A program made the position numbers and the translations under genes. 32,000 nucleotides of DNA, from contig FP565575.1 of assembly GCA_000091165.1 (NCBI GenBank), forward strand, positions 1,260,001-1,292,000. Reading direction: 5' to 3'. The notes beneath the pieces are model-generated. The model had not been told where the DNA came from, did no database searches, and saw only the letters and a list, made by a program, of their open reading frames with translations. Positions 1 to 6,174 of the stretch are shown here, piece after piece. Positions within the stretch are counted from its first letter, which is position 1. Each line of letters opens with the position of its first letter. This DNA comes from Candidatus Methylomirabilis oxygeniifera. GTDB taxonomy: Bacteria > Methylomirabilota > Methylomirabilia > Methylomirabilales > Methylomirabilaceae.

Positions 1-28
1 GCACCGGCGCCAGTTTCCTGCCAGCCAT
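1..28 (-). CDS. 5' end of a second HigA-like antitoxin gene, cut by the window edge
   Basis: Bases 1-43 are identical to 1632-1674. That stretch covers the higA ATG, the first 9 codons (MAGRKLAPV) and the AGGAGG Shine-Dalgarno. The ATG lies at 28-26 on the minus strand. Confidence 0.5.
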
Positions 29-182
29 AATTACTACCTCCTATGTGTAGATACCCCATGGGCGTAAGCCCGCGGGGTATCTACACCAGCGCGGACGGGC
101 GCGCAGGCGGCGTCATTTTAACGCCAGGGCTTAGCAGACAGAGCGAAGCGACGACCTGCTGCAGCCCTTTGTTCGACACGTT

Positions 183-440
183 CTACGTTCCGGCCGTGAC
201 GAGCGGCGGCACATGCTTCACGCCGATGATACCATCGATAGATAAATCTTCATCTACATCTGGCCAGTGAATTCCGTAACCAGCAGGGGATACCTCAAAG
301 TTGTCCCTCTGTTCCTGGCTAGCGTTTCGCAAACGCTCCGACTCACCGGCAACATCGATCAGGTAATCCTTCCCGTCGACTCGCAAATGCATGATGGTGC
401 CAGAGAAGCCCACCTGTTGGACATGGTGTGCTTTATCCAT
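183..440 (-). CDS. DUF2442 family protein (85 aa from the internal ATG)
   Basis: The translation MDKAHHVQQVGFSG...NFEVSPAGYGIHWPDVDEDLSIDGI matches my recollection of DUF2442. The ATG at 440 overlaps the upstream gene's stop by 8 nt. Confidence 0.75.
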   Translation of the reverse strand: MDKAHHVQQVGFSGTIMHLRVDGKDYLIDVAGESERLRNASQEQRDNFEVSPAGYGIHWPDVDEDLSIDGIIGVKHVPPLVTAGT

Positions 441-690
441 TCTTCCCCTCCTGAAATTTGTTCCATTCGGCCACGATGTAATCAAAATGGTCGAAGATGA
501 TGCGCCGTACGATTCTCTTGTCCGCAGGGCTCATGTTGTAGGCATGGGCCTCCAACGCCTCGAATCCTTGAATATCGAGCCAGTATTTTGCCTCAGCCTC
601 TCCCTTACGACAATGAACGTGAATCGGTTCGTTGCGTTCATTAGCGTAGAAAAAGAACCTCCAGCCAAGCATCACCAGTATTGTCGGCAT
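433..690 (-). CDS. DUF4160 family protein
   Basis: MPTILVMLGWRFFFYANERNEPIHVHCRKGEAEAKYWL is typical of the DUF4160 N-terminus. It overlaps its usual DUF2442 partner. Confidence 0.75.
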   Translation of the reverse strand: MPTILVMLGWRFFFYANERNEPIHVHCRKGEAEAKYWLDIQGFEALEAHAYNMSPADKRIVRRIIFDHFDYIVAEWNKFQEGKNG

Positions 691-780
691 CTTATCCCAG
701 TGTCCTCCACTCGATCTTCCCTTATGCTATCAATGGGCATCTCTCTTGTCACGGGGGGCATTTCTCTTTCCTCTTTGTCG

Positions 781-991
781 AACTACTGAGTATGCTGATC
801 AGTATATGACGACCATTCCAGTGTCGGTTCTTGTCGGAATTGTCCGTCCCTTCCAAGACGTTGTCAACCAGTTTCCGGTCACCATCTAACCCGCACACAC
901 TGATCACGATATGCTCAATATACCGGCAGGGGATTGAGGACCTACGCCGGCAGGGACTCCGCCGGACTTTGGACTCCTCTCCCACCGCGGT
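781..991. repeat. Copy 1 of a ~210 bp repeat (recombinase 3' tail, outward promoter, palindrome)
   Basis: Hand alignment with 5726-5936. The central ~115 bp is nearly identical, with 3 differences. Confidence 0.9.
839..867 (-). promoter_or_regulatory. sigma70-like promoter inside repeat copy 1, firing toward DUF4160/DUF2442
   Basis: On the minus strand: TTGACA (867-862), 17-nt spacer, GACAAT (844-839). The imperfect palindrome TATGCTGATCAGTATA lies downstream at 791-806. Confidence 0.4.
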
Positions 992-1127
992 TTAAGACAT
1001 GGGTGCACATCATCGTGGTGGCGAGATCGGTGTGCCCCAGAAGCTCCTGGACGGTTCGGATATGGTCACCGTCTTCCAGCAAATAGGTGGCAAAGGAATT
1101 GCGTCGGTGTAATGGCTGGTCGCCGGA
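942..1127 (-). pseudogene. C-terminal fragment of a tyrosine recombinase with an integron-integrase-like tail
   Basis: The minus-strand translation is [55 protein letters not shown]. It matches the box II region (HxLRHSFAT...LLGH...TTMIYTHV), but the catalytic Tyr position reads Cys. There is no N-terminal part and no start codon. Confidence 0.7.
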
Positions 1128-1353
1128 CCTGATCGAGGCTGGATGGGGTGACGTGGAATGGTCGACAGCATGAGGTGGGCACGGCGGGGCGTGGGATGAC
1201 TCCTGGCTCTTATTGCAACTGCGAGGGTCTAACAGACAACCGGGGTCTGTCCCCTATTACTCAGTTCAAAACCGACCGGATCGGTTACCTCAATATCAAG
1301 AATTAGGTAGGCTGCCATGTTACCCCCTGTCGATTCAACAAGCTCACTGTACG

Positions 1354-1659
1354 TCAGTGGACCTCGGCATAGACTCGAACCTGCTTTTCGAGCCTGTTCC
1401 CCACTTGATCCTCTTCTACATCCAGATCGTATTGAGCCTGAAGAGCAAGCCAGAATTCGGGAGAGGTCTGGAAATAGCGGCCGAGCCGCAGGGCAGTATT
1501 GGCCGTGATGCCCCTCTTGCCTAGGACGATTTCATTGATGCGGCGAGGGTCGACTCCGATGTCCAATGCCAAACGGTGCTGACTCAGGCTCAGAGGCTTC
1601 AAGAATTCCTCATCGAGAACCTCGCCCGGATGCACCGGCGCCAGTTTCCTGCCAGCCAT
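1354..1659 (-). CDS. higA: HigA family antitoxin (XRE-type HTH)
   Basis: MAGRKLAPVHPGEVLDEEFLKPLSLSQHRLALDIGVDPRRINEIVLGKRGITANTALRLGRYFQTSPEFWLALQAQYDL is classic HigA. AGGAGG sits 7 nt upstream of the ATG. Confidence 0.9.
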   Translation of the reverse strand: MAGRKLAPVHPGEVLDEEFLKPLSLSQHRLALDIGVDPRRINEIVLGKRGITANTALRLGRYFQTSPEFWLALQAQYDLDVEEDQVGNRLEKQVRVYAEVH

Positions 1660-1671
1660 AATTACTACCTC

Positions 1672-1839
1672 CTAGTGATAGTCAACAATCTCAACCTCGT
1701 AGGCGTTGTTGCCCCGCCAATCAAAGCAGACTCGCCACTGATCATTAATCCGGATCGAGTATTGCCCGGTCCGATCGCCTCTCAACTTTTCAAGCCGATT
1801 CCCCGGCGGGGAGCGAAGATCCCAAAAAGGGCTTCGCGT
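1672..1839 (-). pseudogene. higB: HigB toxin remnant, C-terminal ~50 codons only
   Basis: The minus frame reads ...FWDLRSPPGNRLEKLRGDRTGQYSIRINDQWRVCFDWRGNNAYEVEIVDYH*. There is no start codon. The N-terminal half is absent and the fragment abuts the stop of the HepT-like gene at 1842. Confidence 0.8.
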
Positions 1840-1841
1840 TG

Positions 1842-2258
1842 TTAGTTCATGCTCTTTGCGATTTCGCCTTTGAATTTGGTAAATACCGACTCAGCGTCTC
1901 CTACAAGCGGCTCCATACGTTCAGGGGAGAGGTCCAGCGCATAGCCGTGGCCGAAAAAGTGGCGGAACGCCAGATAACGCTTCAAATCGTCCAGTAATCG
2001 GTTAGACAGGATTCCGTTGTCGATGGCGGCAATCAGCAGATCTCTATGCCAAGATTCCCCTTATGGGATGGGAAGTGCTTTTGCTTGGAAGACCTGTTTG
2101 AGAACGTTTTCAATGCCGTTATAGAAATTGTGAAGCAGTGCCGCCACGCCGGCAAGTTCAAGTCTGGAGAGCGTTGACAGCGGGCGGTCAGGCAGGGCGG
2201 AGAGTGCGCCTTCGATAGCCTCGTACTCGGCTTCAACACGAAGACGGTAGTCAGGCAT
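1842..2258 (-). pseudogene. HepT-like HEPN ribonuclease toxin with an in-frame TAA
   Basis: The frame runs from the ATG at 2258 to the stop at 1842. Codon 66 is TAA (2063-2061). Homology continues in the same frame on both sides: ...[42 protein letters not shown]...YLAFRHFFGHGYAL. The Rx4H motif RHFFGH is present. Confidence 0.8.
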
Positions 2259-2520
2259 AGAGCGATATGCCCTCCAGCCGGATGAGCTTGACGAAACGGC
2301 TTTCTACAGACATGTCAACGACATCGACCGACTTCGATAGGGCGCAGAGCAACTCGCCGTAGAAGGCGAAAAAGTCCTTTTGTTCGATGCCTTCCACGCC
2401 GATGTCGATGTCGCGGCTCTCCTTGTCTGGGGACAAACTGGACCCAAAGAGTACCACGCCTTTGGCATGGTGCTTCGCGGCTATTTTCTCAATGATTCGC
2501 CTGTCTCTATCGGCAATCAT
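2251..2520 (-). CDS. MNT-type nucleotidyltransferase antitoxin (89 aa from the internal ATG)
   Basis: [44 protein letters not shown] carries the GS...D.D minimal NTase motif. Its stop overlaps the HepT-like start by 8 nt. Confidence 0.8.
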   Translation of the reverse strand: MIADRDRRIIEKIAAKHHAKGVVLFGSSLSPDKESRDIDIGVEGIEQKDFFAFYGELLCALSKSVDVVDMSVESRFVKLIRLEGISLYA

Positions 2521-2874
2521 GCGCTTAGTATAGCATGTCTTGGCGAGATTGGCCGTTATCTCAGTGGGGTAGGCTGGGATGAGTGCAGCGAATCCCTGCA
2601 ATCCGCTCGTGTAGTGGAAAGCACAAACACATCCACTATCTGCGAAAACAGGTTCTCTGAGCCTATCTCCAGGATACGATGCGGACGCGCCACATGCAGC
2701 CCGACGGACGCTACGTCCGCCTCCAGGCAGAAGGGAAAGACACACCGTTCGACAACCAGCAATGGCTGATGGACCTGAACAAGAAGGGAAAGACCAAATA
2801 GGCGGCTCGCCGGATACCGGCGCGCATTGGCCTGCCCCAGCGCGGACGGACGCGCAGGCCGCGTCATTTTACGC

Positions 2875-3291
2875 CTAGGTTAAGCGGTGCGGCGGAGCCG
2901 CGTCCGGTTGAGCTGCGGGTTGGGCATTGCGTAGCTTGCGCGTCATGGCTAAAAAGAAGAGGCCAGGTGCGGCTATTGCGGCGGCCAGTAGTGATGTGAC
3001 GCCAATGCTCATGACGCTAACCTCGGGACCGCGGAGAATGTGGAGGGGGACTATGAAGGCTGCTGCGAGTGTGAAATAACCGAATCCAAGCCAGGACACA
3101 CCAGAAAGGATTTTGCGGCCTACGGGCCGACCTAACAGCAGGGCAATGCCGCCCAGGAGGCCCATAACAGCGACAGCTCCAAAGCACGCCAACTGGACGT
3201 AATAGACCGTCAGAGACTGGACGGTAGATATAGCCGCCATTACGAAGAGCAAAGGGCTGATGCAGATCCATGTCCAAGCCACTGCGCGCAT
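2875..3291 (-). CDS. Small integral membrane protein, about 4 TM helices, unknown function
   Basis: ATG at 3291. The sequence has hydrophobic segments throughout and a Pro/Ala-rich tail. I recognise no family. Confidence 0.5.
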   Translation of the reverse strand: MRAVAWTWICISPLLFVMAAISTVQSLTVYYVQLACFGAVAVMGLLGGIALLLGRPVGRKILSGVSWLGFGYFTLAAAFIVPLHILRGPEVSVMSIGVTSLLAAAIAAPGLFFLAMTRKLRNAQPAAQPDAAPPHRLT

Positions 3292-3384
3292 TAGCGGTCT
3301 TCCTGCAATCCCCAACGGCAGGGCTGTGCGGCCGGCGCTTGCCCGGTCCGAACCAGCCCTCGGTTCGCCCCTCCTTGTGGCCGT

Positions 3385-3633
3385 TTAAGCTTTCGCCGCA
3401 GCCCGCTTGCCGGCCCCGCGAAGCTTCGTCAACTGGATGACCAGTCGGAGAGCCTCGTTGACCGCTTCCTCGGTCGGAAACGCCTCCGCGACATCGGGAG
3501 CGAGCAGGACGAGGTTGGTCCCCTTGCGGTAGCGGTCGGCATACTTCCCTTGGACGCCAGCCTTCAGGAGTTGGCCCAAATCGTACTCGGGCCGGAGGTC
3601 CTCAGCCTTTTCGCCTCTTGACTTCGTTTTCAT
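3385..3633 (-). CDS. BrnA-like antitoxin, partner of BrnT
   Basis: ...RPEYDLGQLLKAGVQGKYADRYRKGTNLVLLAPDVAEAFPTEEAVNEALRLV is typical of the partner encoded next to DUF497 toxins. The ATG is at 3633; an alternative GTG lies at 3642. Confidence 0.65.
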   Translation of the reverse strand: MKTKSRGEKAEDLRPEYDLGQLLKAGVQGKYADRYRKGTNLVLLAPDVAEAFPTEEAVNEALRLVIQLTKLRGAGKRAAAKA

Positions 3634-3891
3634 AGGCCTCACGCTCTGCGCGGGTCAATTCTCGCGCAGTAATGATGCGGGCGGGCCACGATCGGTGTGG
3701 GCGACCATCAGAATACGCCCTCCGGCAGACGCGCCAATGGTAATATATCGATCCTCCTCCTGAGAATGGTGGGGGTCAAAGATTGTGATTGCCAACGAGT
3801 CTCGAAAGACGGTCGCCGCCTCCCGGAAGGCAACGTGGTGCCTCCGAAGGTTTGTCCTTGCTTTCGAGGGGTCCCATTCAAATTCGATCAT
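3602..3891 (-). pseudogene. brnT: BrnT (DUF497) toxin, frameshifted
   Basis: MIEFEWDPSKARTNLRRHHVAFREAATVFRD...GGRILMVAHTDRG runs in frame 0 to a stop at 3655. The conserved C-terminus ARIITARELTRAEREAYENEVKRRKG* is in another frame and ends at 3602. The switch falls in the GC run at about 3677-3690. Confidence 0.7.
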
Positions 3892-3992
3892 GAGGGTTCA
3901 TGATCGTTGCTGGCCAACGTTCCGCTTGAGGCGTCGAGGGGCGCGCAGCGTCCCCGAGGTTGCTCTCGAAGCGGTTGTTAGGCCCATGTGCT

Positions 3993-4949
3993 TCAAAAGA
4001 GATATAGGTGCTCATTTTCTCTGTCGAAATCGTTTTGCATTAGCGTGTCAGCAAAATAGTCGCGGATCGCGTCTCTCTTTTCGCTAGTCCAGTCATCAAA
4101 ATAACTTGGCGAGAAGACAAAGTTTTCGGAGTATTTGAGAATTGTTTTGGACAGCAAATATCTAAAATAGCGGCCTTTGCTGAGCAGCAGGTCGCCAAAA
4201 TTCTGTCGAACCCACGCTGTATCCCGCGGTAACCATGAGATAACCACCAATGTTTTTTGCGCCGCTACCGGCAGCACATTTAGAGCAATGCACCGGATAT
4301 CCTCAGCGGGATCATATGTGTCGGTTGAAAAAAGTACGCTAGCGGCGAATGTGGGACGATCCACGTCAAGAAGCCTATTTTCATGGCAAATGGAGCCGTA
4401 GGTCTCTGATATGTAGACCTGATCATATTCGTACTTATACCGAAAAGTGCGCCAAGACTTCATCATATGCGCTACCGCTTCCATTCCTGCCTGGCTTGGC
4501 TGGTTCTTCGGGTCTAAATCCAATTCGACCCTTTTTAGATAGACGCTTTGAATTTTTAACACCCCCTCCATTGTCGCATGCAGTCCTCTCAAGACTGCCC
4601 TATAAGCCAGAAGGAATAGGTGCTGTTGGTTTTCTATATTGATGTCGTTCGTGTCAATTGGTCTAAATATTTCGCGATCATGTTCGTCACAGAGTCCGGT
4701 AAACGTTGTGGCCTCGTTTCGACCAACCAGTTTGTAGCCAATAACAGGTCCTTTGTCCTGCTCGAACCAATGTCTGAGCGAAACAACGTGTCCATCTCTT
4801 ACCAGTAGGTCCAGAACTTTCGAATTTTGTACAGTATGTGCTCGAATTATCTGGCCATCGCATTGCATAGATGGCTCAAAACATTTCTTAAATTTCAAGT
4901 TGTCTGCGTTAAACGCGCAGGCCAGCATTTCCTTCTCAATATCATTCAT
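3993..4949 (-). CDS. Uncharacterised 318-aa protein in a low-GC patch
   Basis: An ATG at 4949 starts MNDIEKEMLACAF.... Cys/His-containing motifs: KKCFEPSMQCDGQIIRAHTVQNS and TFTGLCDEHDREIFRPID. GC is about 40-45%, against about 58-60% in the flanks. The longer 408-aa ORF version adds a GC-rich, non-protein-like extension. Confidence 0.6.
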   Translation of the reverse strand: MNDIEKEMLACAFNADNLKFKKCFEPSMQCDGQIIRAHTVQNSKVLDLLVRDGHVVSLRHWFEQDKGPVIGYKLVGRNEATTFTGLCDEHDREIFRPIDTNDINIENQQHLFLLAYRAVLRGLHATMEGVLKIQSVYLKRVELDLDPKNQPSQAGMEAVAHMMKSWRTFRYKYEYDQVYISETYGSICHENRLLDVDRPTFAASVLFSTDTYDPAEDIRCIALNVLPVAAQKTLVVISWLPRDTAWVRQNFGDLLLSKGRYFRYLLSKTILKYSENFVFSPSYFDDWTSEKRDAIRDYFADTLMQNDFDRENEHLYLF

Positions 4950-5088
4950 ATGGTGCTCAATGGGCCTAAAGGCATTGCGGATGCAGCGGTCAGGCGTCCG
5001 CTTGATGGCCGGCGCGAAGCGTCCGCGCCATCGTTCGACGTAAGGGGCGGCTTGCGGCTTGCCGCAAGACGTCCCCTTGACGGAGGGG

Positions 5089-5706
5089 TTAGGCTTCGCC
5101 GCGCGGGATGAGTAAACGTACTTTCGACACACGGTCGGGCAACCTCTTGAAGAACCACTTGTCCAGCTTATCAAGCGCTTCGTGATACTCCTGCGGCTTG
5201 TAGTGATTCTTGGCTCCAAAGGTGAGATCGGCGACTAGGTCGTCGTACTCAGGCCCTGGGACTTCGAACTCTACTCCGTAGATCGGGTGCGTGACGGCTA
5301 CCGTACTCACCTCATGCGCGGTGGGCTTGGGATGAACCAGAAGGTTCCGATAACTGATCAACGAGTGGAGTCGCTTGACGTACTCATCGTCTGGATTGAG
5401 GCGGAACTTCTCTCCTGTCAACAGGACAGCTGTTGCTTCAAGCTTTCCCCGGAACGACATAGAGAGGAAGGCTTGCTGAATGGGCTGGCTACCTTCCTGC
5501 CATGTAGACGCTGCGTGCTGCACTAGCGCGTCATTCAACTTCGCTTCGAGGGCTGCGGCACAGGTGACGATGTAAGGTACTGCAAGTGCCTCTTTATCGG
5601 TGCAAGCCGCGTAGGCCTGAGCCAAGCGCTTAAGAACACGATTAAGCTTTGGGGCGGCCGAGACAGTGACCTTGAGCCGTTGCTTCGGGCTTGTGGAGCG
5701 CGACAT
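5089..5706 (-). CDS. HEPN-motif protein, predicted RNase fold, family unknown
   Basis: 205 aa, starting at the ATG at 5706. The R-N-x3-H motif RNLLVH lies at codons 120-125 (5349-5332), in a helical context (LHSLISYRNLLVHP). Confidence 0.55.
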   Translation of the reverse strand: MSRSTSPKQRLKVTVSAAPKLNRVLKRLAQAYAACTDKEALAVPYIVTCAAALEAKLNDALVQHAASTWQEGSQPIQQAFLSMSFRGKLEATAVLLTGEKFRLNPDDEYVKRLHSLISYRNLLVHPKPTAHEVSTVAVTHPIYGVEFEVPGPEYDDLVADLTFGAKNHYKPQEYHEALDKLDKWFFKRLPDRVSKVRLLIPRGEA

Positions 5707-5725
5707 ATGTCCACCTGCGAGGCCT

Positions 5726-5936
5726 AACTACTGAGTATACTGATCAGTATATGATGGCCATGTCAGTGTCGGTTCTTGTCGGGATTGTCCGTCCCTTCCA
5801 AGACGTTGTCAACCAGTTTCCGGTCACCATCCAACCCGCACACACTGATCACCATATGCTCAATATACCTGCATGGGGTTCAGTACCTACGCCAGCAGGG
5901 AATCCGCCGAGCTTTGGACTCCTCTCCTACCGTGGT
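5726..5936. repeat. Copy 2 of the ~210 bp repeat
   Basis: Aligns with 781-991. It keeps only the last ~16 codons of the recombinase (DHGRRGVQSSADSLLA*) and contains the perfect palindrome TATACTGATCAGTATA at 5736-5751. Confidence 0.9.
5784..5812 (-). promoter_or_regulatory. sigma70-like promoter inside repeat copy 2, firing toward the HEPN gene
   Basis: On the minus strand: TTGACA (5812-5807), 17-nt spacer, GACAAT (5789-5784). The palindrome at 5736-5751 sits between the predicted transcription start and the ATG at 5706. Confidence 0.4.
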
Positions 5937-5950
5937 CTGTCCCCTATTGC

Positions 5951-6133
5951 CTGAATCTATCAGGGTTCATTCCCCGCGGCTTGCCGCGAGTTCGTCATAC
6001 CGACGGAAGCCGGTATCCAGAGAGTCCGACTGGATTCCCCCGTATCGAAGTACGGGGCAGGCTTGTCAAGCACGGAATGACAAGTCAGAACGGGGGTGGA
6101 TACCTCGCGGCTTGCCGCGAGGTAGTTCATTCA
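5951..6133 (+). repeat. Cluster of five hairpin modules, REP/MITE-like (family 1)
   Basis: Hairpins seen: CGCGGCTTGCCGCG, TACCGACGGAAGCCGGTA, CCCCGTAtcgaagTACGGGG, CTTGTCAagcacggaaTGACAAG and CCTCGCGGCTTGCCGCGAGG. The first ~100 bp align with 26663-26772 and, inverted, with 11868-11977. Confidence 0.8.
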
Positions 6134-6174
6134 TGTCGGTGGGCAGCAGCGGGTGAGGCCGCTGTTTGCGGCGG

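Noticed and set aside
749-985. 78-aa ORF inside repeat copy 1. The same applies to ORFs 5691-5954, 5776-6156 and 5873-6220 across repeat copy 2 and the hairpin cluster.
   Set aside because: The two repeat copies do not preserve any of these frames: one copy has a stop where the other reads through. The peptides are the usual artefacts of translating palindromic repeats.
781-991. The idea that the 210-bp repeat is itself an attC site
   Set aside because: It starts right after an AAC, and its minus-strand end is ..GTT. However, it is far longer than typical attC sites and lacks a global R/L-box palindrome. Part of it is clearly the recombinase coding tail.
2521-2874. ORFs 2556-2867, 2380-2769 and the N-terminal extension of 2251-2745 in the 350-bp gap upstream of the MNT gene
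   Set aside because: None has a recognisable domain, and they overlap each other in different frames. I treat the region as non-coding or degraded cassette DNA that contains the 52-bp repeat.
2879-2885. GTTAAGC/GCTTAAC core-site-like heptamer at the membrane protein's stop, as an attC boundary
   Set aside because: No partner box at attC-like distance was found, and no R/L-box stem. It lies within the coding sequence and the 52-bp repeat, so a chance match is likely.
3993-5219. The 408-aa version of the orphan ORF
   Set aside because: The first 90 codons run through the GC-rich structured spacer and overlap the HEPN gene's 3' end. The compositional break and a clean ATG at 4949 support the 318-aa form.
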